DNA of 64,000 nt from Candidatus Omnitrophota bacterium. GTDB taxonomy: Bacteria > Omnitrophota > Gorgyraeia > Zapsychrales > JANLHA01. The notes below the pieces were generated by a model. It ran no database searches. It was not told where the DNA came from and saw nothing but the letters and a program-made list of their open reading frames with translations. Shown here one piece after another: positions 31,266 to 41,639 of the stretch. Location of the stretch: assembly GCA_963662715.1 (NCBI GenBank), contig OY759724.1, forward strand, positions 1,690,662 to 1,754,661. The letters are read 5' to 3'. A program made the position numbers and the translations under genes. Every line of letters begins with the position of its first letter. Position 1 is the stretch's first letter.

Positions 31266-31790
31266 ATGCGAAAGCTGTCCCATCAAGAAATTGTTTCCCG
31301 CCAGCAGGAGCGGATGAAGGCGCCTCCGATTCCCCTAACAGTTGTTTTGAATGATATCCGCAGCCTTTATAATGTCGGCACCATTTTCCGTACGGCTGAC
31401 GGCGCGGGTGTGGAGAAAATCTGGCTTTGCGGCATTACCGGCTGCCCTCCGCAGTCCCAGATCAGCAAGATCGCTTTGGGGGCGGAGGACCGTATCCCCT
31501 GGGAATACCATTCCGACGTTTATTCGGTTGTGCAGCAGCTGAAAAAAGACGGTTATCAAATTGTGCTTTTGGAGCAAATGGATCAAAGCGAGGAGTATCA
31601 CGCGTACCGGCCTGACGGTCCGGTGGCTTTGGTTGTCGGGAATGAAATAGCAGGGGTGGATGCGTCCTTGATTCAGCTCTGCGATGCCGCGATTGAAGTG
31701 CATATGGCGGGGATTAAGAATTCCCTGAACGTCGGGGTCGCTTTTGGGGTGGCGGCTTACCATATTTCTTCCAAACTGAAAAATAGTTGA
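31266..31790 (+). CDS. SpoU/TrmH-family (SPOUT) RNA 2'-O-methyltransferase
   Basis: NVGTIFRTADGAG, VVGNEIAGV, SLNVGVAFGVAAY motifs; true start may be internal Met. Confidence 0.65.
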   Translation: MRKLSHQEIVSRQQERMKAPPIPLTVVLNDIRSLYNVGTIFRTADGAGVEKIWLCGITGCPPQSQISKIALGAEDRIPWEYHSDVYSVVQQLKKDGYQIVLLEQMDQSEEYHAYRPDGPVALVVGNEIAGVDASLIQLCDAAIEVHMAGIKNSLNVGVAFGVAAYHISSKLKNS

Positions 31791-31801
31791 CAAGTTAATT
31801 A

Positions 31802-32308
31802 TTGTATTGTAAACTTTCTGATAGGGGGGCGGTCGTGGATTATTTAAAATCATTTGGAATAGACACAAACAAAAAAGCTTATCAGGAAGAGATTGTCTAC
31901 AGTACGGCTTTGCTTTATAACCTGTTAAGCGGGGCTATAAGCGATTATTTGAGGCAATATCAATTAACAATAGGGAAGTTTAATGTGCTGATGACCCTGC
32001 GTCATCAGGCCGGCCCGGAAGGGATAAGGCAGGTTGAAATGAGCAAGCACCTGATCGTAACGCCGGCCAATATGACCAAAATGGTGGATAAATTAGAGGA
32101 AGAAGGCCTGGCCATCCGCAGTGCCTTGCCGGGAGACAGGCGGGTCAATATTATCCGGATTACTTCAAAAGGATCAGAATTGCTGGATGATTTGTGGCCG
32201 GGATTTGTAGAAACTTTACAGAAGTTAACAAAGGCTTTGTCCGGGCAGGAGCAGGAAAGGTTGGCCAAGACTTTTCGTAAATGGATTTCAGTGCTGGAGC
32301 CGAAATAA
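31802..32308 (+). CDS. MarR-family transcriptional regulator
   Basis: Winged-helix segment LTIGKFNVLMTL...RITSKGSELL; start uncertain. Confidence 0.55.
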   Translation: MYCKLSDRGAVVDYLKSFGIDTNKKAYQEEIVYSTALLYNLLSGAISDYLRQYQLTIGKFNVLMTLRHQAGPEGIRQVEMSKHLIVTPANMTKMVDKLEEEGLAIRSALPGDRRVNIIRITSKGSELLDDLWPGFVETLQKLTKALSGQEQERLAKTFRKWISVLEPK

Positions 32309-32666
32309 AAAATTTTTTTGTCAAAAGTTAACCGATTGAATATGTACTGGTAATCTGATATGACGCAAAAAACATGTGAAAATATGATCATTGCCGGCAC
32401 TCCATATTTATCAGGGAGGAGAGACGATTGCGGCATAAAAAAGAATAACAGGAAAAAAGCCAATATATTTCAACGATTTGTTTTGATGCGGAAGAGATCC
32501 CGGTATAATAACTTGGCTGGCCTTAAGGCGTTTTGTCCGGCATCCCAGAAAACAAGCCGGAAAATCATGCCGGTCCCGGGGCACAATCAAACGGTATCCC
32601 GGTCAAGGAGAAGCAACTCAGGTGTCTGTGTCTTTTCCCCGGGATACAAAAATAAGGGAGGCGACC

Positions 32667-35600
32667 ATGATTAAACAAGGATATAGGAAAAGCGGGTTTT
32701 ACGCACTGATTATCACGCAATTCTTAGGTGCTTTTAATGACAATGCCTTTAAACTGGTGATCGCCTTTATTGCTGTCGATCAATTCGTTCAGCAGCAAAG
32801 CGGAGCCCTTTACTTATCCCTCTCCGGAATGGTCTTTGTTCTGCCCTTTTTGCTGTTTTCCACCTTTGCCGGCTATCTGGCCGACCGGTTCAGTAAACAG
32901 CATGTCATTATCGCGACAAAAATCCTGGAACTTTTTATTATGCTGCTAGGGTTCTGGGCCCTTTTAAGCGGCGGGTTCTTGGGCTTATTAACCGTGCTGT
33001 TTTTTATGGGCCTGCAGAGCGCTTTGTTCAGCCCTTCCAAATATGGCATTCTTCCGGAAATATTAAAAGATGAGAAACTTTCCGAAGGGAACGGTCTTAT
33101 TCAGCTCTGGACCTACGCCGCTATTATCCTTGGACAAGCCGGCGGCGGTTATCTGATTCACATAACACAGCCTCACGTCTACAAAGCGGCGTATGCTTTT
33201 ATAGCCTGTTCTGTCTTAGGCCTTATCGGCAGCTTCTTTGTCTGCCGTGTCCCGGCCTCTGGCACGCAAAGGTCTTTTGAGAGGAATGTTTATAAAGAAA
33301 TGATCACCAATATTAAACTCGTGAGAACGTACCAGCCGATATTCCTCTCGATCCTGGGGTTGTTGTTTTTCGGTTTTCTCAGTTCCCTGTTCCATCTGAA
33401 TATCCTGCTTTATGCCCGCAAGATTATGGGGATCGGCCATATGGATACAAGCATTTTGCTGATCGTTCTGGCCGTGGGTATAGGCGGCGGCAGCATGCTG
33501 GCCGGAAAATTGTCTGACCGGAAAATAGAGCTTGGGCTTGTGCCTTTCGGATCGATCGGGTTGGTCGTTTTTTCCATTATGCTGGGATTTGTTCATCATT
33601 CTTATCTTCTGGTTGCCGTGACGTTATTTCTTTTGGGCTTGTCCAGCGGTTTCTATATCATCCCTTTAAACACTTTGATCCAGCGGGAAAGCCCGGTTGA
33701 CCGCCGCGGGCAGTTTCTGGCAACAAACAATTTCCTGTCATTCTCGGCGATACTGGCCGGCTCGTTTGCCGTTTATCTGTTCCGTGATCTTCTGCATTTT
33801 AATGCCGCGGATATTTTTGTCGTTGCCGGACTCATTACAGCCTGCGGGGCCGTTTATATCTGCTGGCTGCTTCCTTACGCTCTGGTCCGTTTTGTTATTT
33901 TGATATTGACGCACACGCTTTACCGGATACGTGTTATTCACAGAGAGAACGTCCCGGAACAGGGCGGGGCCCTGCTTGTCAGCAATCATGTGTCCCTGGT
34001 TGACGCTTTAGTCATCCTTGTTTCGATTCAGCGGCCGGTCCGTTTTTTGATCGGCCGGGCCTGTTATAAAACGAAATGGGTAAATCCTTTTTTCCGCCTG
34101 GCGAAAGGCATTCCCATCTCCAGCGATGACGGGCCGAAAGAGCAGCTGAAATCCTTGCGGATTGCCAGGGACGCCGTAAAAAACGGGGAACTGGTGTGCA
34201 TTTTTGCCGAGGGACAATTAACCCGCACCGGGAATATCTTGAAATTCAACAAGGGGCTGGAATATATCATGCAGGGTATGGACTGCCCGGTCGTCCCGGT
34301 GCATCTGGACAGGATTTGGGGAAGCATTTTCAGCTTTGAAGGGGGAAGGTATTATTATAAGATTCCCAAGATTATCCCTTACCCGCTCACAATCACTTTC
34401 GGGGAGCCGATGCCCGCCCGTTCATCGGCTTTTGCGATACGGAACCGTGTTAAGGAATTGGGGGCAGAGGCATTCTCTTACCGTCTTGAGGAGCGTTGGA
34501 CACTCGCGGAAGCGTTTTGGCGTGAGGCGCGCTATCATCCTCAGCAGCTTTGCATGGGAGACTCCTCCGGGAGGAAAATGACTTACGGCCAGACACTTGT
34601 TGCGGCCGTAGCCCTGGCCGACAGGCTGAAAGAACTCCTGGCGCAGGAACGTTTCGTCGGGGTGCTTATCCCGCCGTCCGTGGGGGGCGCTTTAACAAAC
34701 ATTGCGCTTTCCATGTTAAGGAAAGTCCCGGTCAACATGAACTACACCTCTTCTCCGGAGGCCCTGCGTTCCATGTCGGAGCAGTGCGGGATGAAATGTA
34801 TTATTGCATCAAAAAAACTCCTGGAGAAGACCGGGCTGGAACCCCCGGGACAGACGGTTTTCATTGAAGATGTTTTTGCTTCGATTCGTTTGAAGCATAA
34901 AATACAGGCGGCGTTTAAGTCCATCATTTATCCGCATTGGATATCCTTCGGGCTTACCTTCGGGCGGAGGACATCCCGCTCTATAGATGACCTGGCCACG
35001 GTGATGTTCACCAGCGGCAGCACCGGGGAACCCAAGGGCGTTATGCTGTCGCATGCCAATGTGACAAGCAATCTGGAAGGATTGTACCAGGTTTTTAATG
35101 TCAACAGCCGCGACGTGGTTTTGGGCGTCCTGCCTTTTTTCCATTCTTTTGGCTTCACGGCGACACTCTGGTTCCCGCTTATCAGCGGTATGAGTGTCGT
35201 TTTTCACAGCAACCCTTTAGACGCCAAGATGGTGGGCCGTCTCGCAGAAAAGCACCGGGCCACGATATTGATGAGCACCCCGACGTTTCTCAACACGTAT
35301 GTCCGGCGTTGTGAGCCGGAAGCCTTCTCAACTTTAAGGCTTGTTGTTGTGGGGGCCGAGAAGCTAAAGGCGAGTATTGCCGAAGCTTTTTCAGACAAGT
35401 TCCGTATAGACGCCATGGAGGGGTACGGCTGCACTGAATTGTCCCCGGTCGTCTCTTTAAATCTTCCCGACTACCGCGACAAGGGGCCGGTTCAGAAGGC
35501 TCATAAACCCGGAACGATCGGCATGCCTCTTCCGGGGGTGGCCGTGAAAATTGTTGACCAGGATACCGGACAGCCCAAAGGGCCTGATGAGGAGGGCCTT

Positions 35601-36074
35601 TTGCTGGTCAAGGGGGCGAATATTATGAAAGGTTACTTGAACCGGCCCGAGAAAACGGCGGAAGTTGTGCAGGACGGGTGGTACGTAACCGGGGATATCG
35701 CCAGACTGGATGAAGACGGTTTTATCACGATTACTGACCGTCTGAGCCGTTTCAGCAAGATTGGCGGGGAGATGGTCCCTCATATTAAAATAGAAGAGCA
35801 TCTTCACAAAATACTGGATTCAGAGGAGCCGGTGTGTGTCGTGACAGCCGTGCCGGATAAGAAGAAAGGGGAACGGCTCATTGTTTTGCACAAGAAGCCG
35901 TTCAATGTTGAAACGGTGCTGGAACAACTGCAGACAACTGATCTTCCGAAACTTTGGATACCCGATAGAGAGGCCTTCTTCCCTCTGGAAGAGTTCCCGT
36001 TGTTGGGATCAGGGAAATTGGATATCGGGGCTGTTAAACGTACGGCTTTGGCTTTGGCCGGAGAAACGGTTTGA
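32667..36074 (+). CDS. aas: LplT (MFS lysophospholipid transporter) / PlsC-type acyltransferase / acyl-ACP synthetase (Aas) fusion
   Basis: N-terminal 12-TM MFS, HX4D acyltransferase motif NHVSLVDALV, C-terminal AMP-binding (TSGSTGEPKGV); start trimmed to MIKQGYRK. Confidence 0.75.
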   Translation: MIKQGYRKSGFYALIITQFLGAFNDNAFKLVIAFIAVDQFVQQQSGALYLSLSGMVFVLPFLLFSTFAGYLADRFSKQHVIIATKILELFIMLLGFWALLSGGFLGLLTVLFFMGLQSALFSPSKYGILPEILKDEKLSEGNGLIQLWTYAAIILGQAGGGYLIHITQPHVYKAAYAFIACSVLGLIGSFFVCRVPASGTQRSFERNVYKEMITNIKLVRTYQPIFLSILGLLFFGFLSSLFHLNILLYARKIMGIGHMDTSILLIVLAVGIGGGSMLAGKLSDRKIELGLVPFGSIGLVVFSIMLGFVHHSYLLVAVTLFLLGLSSGFYIIPLNTLIQRESPVDRRGQFLATNNFLSFSAILAGSFAVYLFRDLLHFNAADIFVVAGLITACGAVYICWLLPYALVRFVILILTHTLYRIRVIHRENVPEQGGALLVSNHVSLVDALVILVSIQRPVRFLIGRACYKTKWVNPFFRLAKGIPISSDDGPKEQLKSLRIARDAVKNGELVCIFAEGQLTRTGNILKFNKGLEYIMQGMDCPVVPVHLDRIWGSIFSFEGGRYYYKIPKIIPYPLTITFGEPMPARSSAFAIRNRVKELGAEAFSYRLEERWTLAEAFWREARYHPQQLCMGDSSGRKMTYGQTLVAAVALADRLKELLAQERFVGVLIPPSVGGALTNIALSMLRKVPVNMNYTSSPEALRSMSEQCGMKCIIASKKLLEKTGLEPPGQTVFIEDVFASIRLKHKIQAAFKSIIYPHWISFGLTFGRRTSRSIDDLATVMFTSGSTGEPKGVMLSHANVTSNLEGLYQVFNVNSRDVVLGVLPFFHSFGFTATLWFPLISGMSVVFHSNPLDAKMVGRLAEKHRATILMSTPTFLNTYVRRCEPEAFSTLRLVVVGAEKLKASIAEAFSDKFRIDAMEGYGCTELSPVVSLNLPDYRDKGPVQKAHKPGTIGMPLPGVAVKIVDQDTGQPKGPDEEGLLLVKGANIMKGYLNRPEKTAEVVQDGWYVTGDIARLDEDGFITITDRLSRFSKIGGEMVPHIKIEEHLHKILDSEEPVCVVTAVPDKKKGERLIVLHKKPFNVETVLEQLQTTDLPKLWIPDREAFFPLEEFPLLGSGKLDIGAVKRTALALAGETV

Positions 36075-36178
36075 GCGGACGGGAGGCGAGGCCGTGGAAG
36101 GCGCCGTGTTCCGGACGATCCCCGGTTTTAAGTCAGGACGGAAAACGTCATCTAATACTCTGAGAGGCAGGAAAACAT

Positions 36179-36949
36179 ATGAAGATAAAGAAGCCTGAAA
36201 AATGTATAACAATTGCCAGGGACGGACAGGAAGTTCATTTTGACCATTACCGGTTCGGCCACAAGAAGGTCATTGTCATAGCGCACGGCTTTTTCAACAG
36301 CAAGTCTTCCGTCCTGTTAAAGGAGCTGGGAGCCGCTCATTGTGACCAGTATGATGTTGTTCTCCTGGATTTCCGCGGGCACGGGGAAAGTAAGGGGCTT
36401 TTTTTCTGGACGACCAAAGAACCGATGGATCTGGAAGCTGTTTTGCAGTATGTTGCCCCGCTGTATGAACGCGTGGGCCTGATAGGATTTTCTCTGGGAG
36501 GGGCGATCAGCCTGATTGTTTCGGCACGGACAGATCTTGTGCACAGCTTGATTTCCGTCAGTGCTCCCACAGAATTCGAACGGATCGATTACCGGTTTTG
36601 GGAACTGGATATGGAGACAGACATTATTTATAACCTGGTCGGCGACGGACGCTTCGGCAAGGGCGTCAGGCCCGGCCCGTTCTGGCTGAAAAAGGAGAAA
36701 CCCATTCATGTTGTCCCTCGAATAAAAGTTCCGGTGTTCTATATGCATGGCGAGGCCGACTGGCTGATCAAGCCCTGGCATGCCCAGGAATTGTACGACA
36801 AAACCGTTTCTTACAAAAATTTGATGATGATCAAAGACGGCCCTCACGCCGAATATTTAATCATGAAAAACCGGGGCGAGACGGTTCAGGCCATTAAGAC
36901 CTGGTGGCAGGAAACGCTGGTCTCCGACAAGAGGGAGGAGTTTTTATGA
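36179..36949 (+). CDS. alpha/beta-hydrolase fold protein
   Basis: GFSLGG nucleophile elbow, C-terminal HGEAD...DGPH. Confidence 0.6.
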   Translation: MKIKKPEKCITIARDGQEVHFDHYRFGHKKVIVIAHGFFNSKSSVLLKELGAAHCDQYDVVLLDFRGHGESKGLFFWTTKEPMDLEAVLQYVAPLYERVGLIGFSLGGAISLIVSARTDLVHSLISVSAPTEFERIDYRFWELDMETDIIYNLVGDGRFGKGVRPGPFWLKKEKPIHVVPRIKVPVFYMHGEADWLIKPWHAQELYDKTVSYKNLMMIKDGPHAEYLIMKNRGETVQAIKTWWQETLVSDKREEFL

Positions 36950-37698
36950 AATCCTGGATGATGACTCTCGGGCAGATATGTTTTACCCTTTTTATGTATG
37001 TCATGGGAGCCCTTTTTTTCGGCATGGCCCTTATGCCGGGTTTGGCTTTTATATTCCAGGTTTGGAGCGCGTCCCTGTCCCTGCCGATCCTGGCCCGGAC
37101 ATTCTGTCTCGGGGTATCTTTGGCCTTGGCGTACTTTCTTTTCGGCTTAACCCTGATCCTGTTAGTCGGATTATTCCGCTGGCTGTTCCGTCTGCGTCTG
37201 ACGGAAGGGAATTACCCGATATTCTCTTTGCCGGCGCTGAGATGGGCTTTTATCAGCTCCCTTTACCTGATGATTAATTTCACGTTTATTGATTTTATTC
37301 TTTTGACCCCTTTTGCCAATCTTCTTTTCCGTTTGCTGGGCGCCAAGCTGGGGAAAAATGTTCAGTTCAATTCTAAGTTCGTTTTTGACGCGACTCTCCT
37401 GGAAATAGGGGATAATACGGTCATCGGAGGCGGGGCTATTATTATCGGGCATATCGTTGAGCGGGGTCTTCTGAGATTGAAAAAAGTCAAGATCGGGCGG
37501 AACGTCACCATCGGTTCTCACGCTACGATTATGCCGGGCTGTGAAATCGGAGACGGAGCGATGATCGGGGCCAGTGCCGTTCTCCTGAAGGATACCCAGG
37601 TCGGCCGAAGAGAAATTTGGTTCGGGATTCCGGCGGAACAGATGAGACGGAACAGCCTGCCGCAAACGCCCGGAAAAGATGAGGCGGGAGCCCCCTGA
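36946..37698 (+). CDS. membrane-anchored hexapeptide-repeat (LbH) acyltransferase
   Basis: ATGA overlap with hydrolase; 3-4 TM helices then IGDNTVIGGGAIIIGH...IGRNVTIGSHATIMPG hexapeptide repeats. Confidence 0.55.
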   Translation: MKSWMMTLGQICFTLFMYVMGALFFGMALMPGLAFIFQVWSASLSLPILARTFCLGVSLALAYFLFGLTLILLVGLFRWLFRLRLTEGNYPIFSLPALRWAFISSLYLMINFTFIDFILLTPFANLLFRLLGAKLGKNVQFNSKFVFDATLLEIGDNTVIGGGAIIIGHIVERGLLRLKKVKIGRNVTIGSHATIMPGCEIGDGAMIGASAVLLKDTQVGRREIWFGIPAEQMRRNSLPQTPGKDEAGAP

Positions 37699-37706
37699 CC
37701 CCGGGG

Positions 37707-37955
37707 TTACTGTTTTAATAAATCTTTTATCTTCTGGCAGGTGTCGTGGGGCAGATTCTGGCCCTTGAGCTGGTCGCTGTCGTTGAAATCCGGGTAATGG
37801 CTGAAAATTTTTTTTAAGGCCGTAATCTGCCTGCGGTAATAGCAGCAGGTCAGGCACACCCGCAGATGCAAATGGACGAGCAGCCGTTTATAGAGCGGCA
37901 GGGAATGATCCAGCCCTTCTGAAATGAGTTTTGATGTTTCTTTGCAAGATAACAT
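37707..37955 (-). CDS. zinc-finger (zf-HC2) anti-sigma factor
   Basis: HLHLRVCLTCC HxxxCxxC motif; trimmed to internal Met 23 nt downstream of sigma-factor stop. Confidence 0.55.
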   Translation of the reverse strand: MLSCKETSKLISEGLDHSLPLYKRLLVHLHLRVCLTCCYYRRQITALKKIFSHYPDFNDSDQLKGQNLPHDTCQKIKDLLKQ

Positions 37956-37977
37956 GAACAGGCACTCCGTTTTTCTG

Positions 37978-38631
37978 CTATTTAGTCGGCCGCCTTTTCT
38001 TTTCCTTACGGGCGCCGGGCCGTTCTCCTTCAAACCAGTTTGCCTCAAGACAGGCCCGAAGCTGTGTCCGGGTCCGGTGCATAATAACCCACAAGTTCGT
38101 CGAAGTGATTTTAAGGATTTTGCAGATTAGATCACTGGACATCTGTTCGATTTCCCGCAGTAAAAATGCGTCTTGATTGATTCTCGGTAATTTTTGCAGG
38201 CAGGATCTCAGAACATCCCAGAACTCTTTGCTTTCCAGGACTTCATCAGGATTCGGCGTCCACGGGGCCGGGAACTGTTTGGGTTTGCCGACCACATCAA
38301 AGAAGCTGTTGACCGTTTCTTCGTTTTCATGAATGTCTGACACGGGTTTTTCCCGGTAAGAGTGACGGATATGATCGATAATTTTATGCTTCAGGATGCC
38401 GACCAGCCAGGTGCGTTCCGAGGATTTCCCGGCAAAGTTGTCTTTGGATTTCAGCGCCGCCAGAAATGTCTCCTGCACCAGGTTCTCTGCTTCATCGGGA
38501 TTTCGCAGACGGCCCAAGGCATAGCGGTAAAGATATGTCCCGTAGAGGTCGACCCATTGGGCCGGGTCAGAAAGTTTATTTTCCGGGGAAGGCATATGAC
38601 ATGTATCCTGATTTAGTTTATAGATTAACAA
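37978..38631 (-). CDS. ECF (RpoE-like) sigma-70 family sigma factor
   Basis: Region 2 (YLYRYALGRLRNPDEAENLVQETFL) and region 4 HTH; start may be internal Met. Confidence 0.7.
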   Translation of the reverse strand: MLIYKLNQDTCHMPSPENKLSDPAQWVDLYGTYLYRYALGRLRNPDEAENLVQETFLAALKSKDNFAGKSSERTWLVGILKHKIIDHIRHSYREKPVSDIHENEETVNSFFDVVGKPKQFPAPWTPNPDEVLESKEFWDVLRSCLQKLPRINQDAFLLREIEQMSSDLICKILKITSTNLWVIMHRTRTQLRACLEANWFEGERPGARKEKKRRPTK

Positions 38632-38869
38632 AATCTAAAAATCAAAGCAATAGAATTTTCCGTTTCATGCAGCAATCCGTTTTGTCCGAGAGGATATTTC
38701 CACTTATCGGGGGAGTTGTCCGGCTCCGTTCGGATAGGTTTTCAAGCTGCCTATTATCCAGCCTATTATTTAACAAAACATAGTTTTGCGGAAAATTAGT
38801 TTTAGATTGTCTCCTTTTATATTAATATATTAAAATCACGTTTATCATTACTGAAAGGAGTTTCTTGGC

Positions 38870-39382
38870 ATGGGAGATAAAATAAAGATTGTCATGCTTG
38901 ATGATGAAAAAGATTTGACTATGATTACGAAATCCAATTTGGAATTTAGCGGAAAGTTTGATGTCGTCACATTGAATGACCCGTTGAAAATAGAAGAAAC
39001 GGTCATCCAGGAAAAACCGGACGTGATTCTTCTGGATGTTGTTATGCCTCAGCGGAAAGGGAATGAGATCGCCCTGGCATTGAAATCAAACCCGCAGACG
39101 AAGGATGTCCCGATTGTTATGGTCTCTGGCCGGGGAGAAATGGTTTATCACAAAAAGAAGGATGCGTTTAAATGGGAGCCGAACAGAAAGGTTGTTGCCG
39201 AGCGGGGTGATCTGCCGGAAGGGCGGAGCGCGGAATCGCTCAGCGAAGCTTACGGCGTGGATGATTATGTCGCCAAGCCTTTTTCCACCCAAGTGCTTAT
39301 GGATGTTATTGAAAATGTCTTGGCTGAGAGAAACAGCGGCAAGGAAGGCAATGAAGACGACGGTGGGGCTTCGGATTCCTGA
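38870..39382 (+). CDS. single-domain response regulator with about 45-aa insertion
   Basis: IVMLDDE ... ILLDVVMP receiver motifs; long insert before terminal K-P. Confidence 0.65.
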   Translation: MGDKIKIVMLDDEKDLTMITKSNLEFSGKFDVVTLNDPLKIEETVIQEKPDVILLDVVMPQRKGNEIALALKSNPQTKDVPIVMVSGRGEMVYHKKKDAFKWEPNRKVVAERGDLPEGRSAESLSEAYGVDDYVAKPFSTQVLMDVIENVLAERNSGKEGNEDDGGASDS

Positions 39383-39423
39383 CGGGCAGGCTCCTTCGGG
39401 GGCGAAAAACGGATTATAAAATT

Positions 39424-40314
39424 ATGGATTTCCAGGGGACAGTGGCTTTATTGGGGACAGGATTGCTGGGGGCAGCCTTGGCTGAAAGATTGCTCGAAAG
39501 AAAGCAACCTTTGGTCGTTTATAACAGAACTCCGGAAAAACTGTCTGCTTTGAAAAATTTGGGGGCGGAATCCTTTGAGACTCCGCAGGAGGCCATCCGG
39601 CGGGCGTCTGTTATTATTTTAATGTTAAGCGACAGCCGGGCCATTGAGGAGGTCCTTTTCCCTGACGGCTTTAAGAATTTTTCCGGGAAAACATTCATTC
39701 AGATGGGGACAATTGCTCCGGCTGAAAGCCAGCGTCTCCTGTCCCGGATTCAAAGCCTGAACGGTGAGTATTTTGAATGTCCTGTCCTGGGCAGTATCCC
39801 GGAGGCCAGGTCCGGGAATTTAATCCTTATGGCCGGGGCGTCTGAGGAACAGTTCTTGCGGTGGAGGGATTTTCTGTCCTGTTTTGGTCCCCGTCCGAGA
39901 CGGGTCGGTGCGGTCGGGCAGGCTGCGGCTATGAAACTGGCGCTGAACCAGCTTATTGCCGCCCTCGTATGCTCGTTTTCTGTATCCCTCGGTATTGTTG
40001 AAAAAAGGAGCATAGATGTTCAGCAGTTTATGGATGTGTTGCGGGAGAGTGCCTTGTACGCCAAGATGTTTGACAAAAAACTGCCCCGGATGCTTAAGAG
40101 AAATTTTGTTCAGCCCAATTTCCCCGTTAAACATCTTCTTAAGGATGTTCTTTTGATCCTGGATGAGATCGATAAAAATCAAATTTCGCCACTGCAAACA
40201 GCGGGCGTAAAAGGTATAATTGAAGAGGCTTTGCAGGAAGGGTTGGCGGAACAAGACTATTCGGCTGTTTTTAATGTCATCTGTCCGCGGACAGATTCGG
40301 GAGACAGGCCCTGA
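39424..40314 (+). CDS. NAD(P)-dependent beta-hydroxyacid dehydrogenase family oxidoreductase
   Basis: N-terminal VALLGTGLLGAALA Rossmann motif, 6PGDH-like C-terminal. Confidence 0.65.
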   Translation: MDFQGTVALLGTGLLGAALAERLLERKQPLVVYNRTPEKLSALKNLGAESFETPQEAIRRASVIILMLSDSRAIEEVLFPDGFKNFSGKTFIQMGTIAPAESQRLLSRIQSLNGEYFECPVLGSIPEARSGNLILMAGASEEQFLRWRDFLSCFGPRPRRVGAVGQAAAMKLALNQLIAALVCSFSVSLGIVEKRSIDVQQFMDVLRESALYAKMFDKKLPRMLKRNFVQPNFPVKHLLKDVLLILDEIDKNQISPLQTAGVKGIIEEALQEGLAEQDYSAVFNVICPRTDSGDRP

Positions 40315-40315
40315 T

Positions 40316-41629
40316 ATGTTCTTAAAATCAAAACATTATCACATTAAAGGAGCTGTTTTGGAAAAAGGTCAACGTGTGCAGGGTATAAGAGTGGTGGCGG
40401 GGCTTCTTGTTATTTCAAACCTCCTTGTCCTTGTTTTTCACTATATACTTCCCCATTTTTTTCAGCAGCAGATTTTTGAGGCGTTTATCCCTTTTATCTC
40501 CACTCTGGCCGTTTTCCCGTTTGATTTTTATCAATCTTACCTTGTCCAGCAATGGGGCGCTCAGGTGGGCTGGATACTGGTGATACTCCTTTGCGCCTGG
40601 GGGATTCTTATCCATAAACAGTGGGCCCGCATGACTCTGATCGTGCTGGGAATTATCCATTGTATTATCCTCGCTTTCATTGTCATCATGAAGCTGAACC
40701 AGTGGTATGTGATTATGCTGCAGTATTGTTTCCGTCTTTATTTCAACCTGGTGGCTATCGGGTCTTATATCGGATTTTTGACCATGTATGAAGTCCGGAG
40801 CCAATTCGTTTCAGACCCGTTTTTTGACAAGGTGAATTTTTTGTTCAGGAAATTGTTCTGGAGGAACACCCCGATCGCCAGCGCCAGAGGTTATTACAAC
40901 TTGGGGTTGGCTTATCGGCGGTTAGAACGCTTTTCGGATGCTTTGCATTTCCTGGGGAGAGCCGTTGCCGAAGAACCGCGCAACGCGCATTTCCATTTTG
41001 AGCTGGGCCAGACACATTTTTTGCTGAGACATTGGCAGGAAGCCGTCGAGTCTTTTCAGAAAGCCGCGGCGTGTGATGTTGTTTTTCTCCCGGCGTATAT
41101 TTTCCTGGGACGCGCCTTTCTTAATCAAGGCTGTGCGCAAGAGGCGGTCGCGGCGTTTTTGAAGGCCTCTCACGTGAGAAACGAAGACGGTGAAATATAT
41201 TATTACCTGGGAGTGGCCTATCAGCAGGGGGCGAACATGACAGAAGCCGAAGACGCTTTCCGGGAAGCGGTTCAGAAGGGCTTTCAATCCGTGGACAATT
41301 ATTACCGTCTGGGGCAGGTGCTTTTCCATCATCTGGAAAAATATCATGAGGCCGAAAGCGCGTTGCTGAAAGCCGTGCAGGTTGATAAGAATCATACGGA
41401 AGCCCATTTCCTTTTAGGGTTAACGGCTATTAAGCTGTTGAAATATAAAGAAGCTATCCGTTCCTTTAAGAACACCCTTTCGCTAAGCCCTGAGCATAAC
41501 CAGGCTCATTACCAGCTCGGTTTTTCTTACGCGATGATCGAAGACTTTGATTCGGCCCGCCGGGAATATTCTTACTTGCTGTCCGCGGATAAGGATTTAG
41601 CCGAAACTTTAAAACTGGTGTTGAAGTGA
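40316..41629 (+). CDS. membrane protein with C-terminal TPR repeats
   Basis: Several TM helices then multiple TPR-like 34-mers (YYNLGLAY..., YYYLGVAYQ..., HFLLGLT...). Confidence 0.55.
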   Translation: MFLKSKHYHIKGAVLEKGQRVQGIRVVAGLLVISNLLVLVFHYILPHFFQQQIFEAFIPFISTLAVFPFDFYQSYLVQQWGAQVGWILVILLCAWGILIHKQWARMTLIVLGIIHCIILAFIVIMKLNQWYVIMLQYCFRLYFNLVAIGSYIGFLTMYEVRSQFVSDPFFDKVNFLFRKLFWRNTPIASARGYYNLGLAYRRLERFSDALHFLGRAVAEEPRNAHFHFELGQTHFLLRHWQEAVESFQKAAACDVVFLPAYIFLGRAFLNQGCAQEAVAAFLKASHVRNEDGEIYYYLGVAYQQGANMTEAEDAFREAVQKGFQSVDNYYRLGQVLFHHLEKYHEAESALLKAVQVDKNHTEAHFLLGLTAIKLLKYKEAIRSFKNTLSLSPEHNQAHYQLGFSYAMIEDFDSARREYSYLLSADKDLAETLKLVLK

Positions 41630-41639
41630 TTCAAGACAT

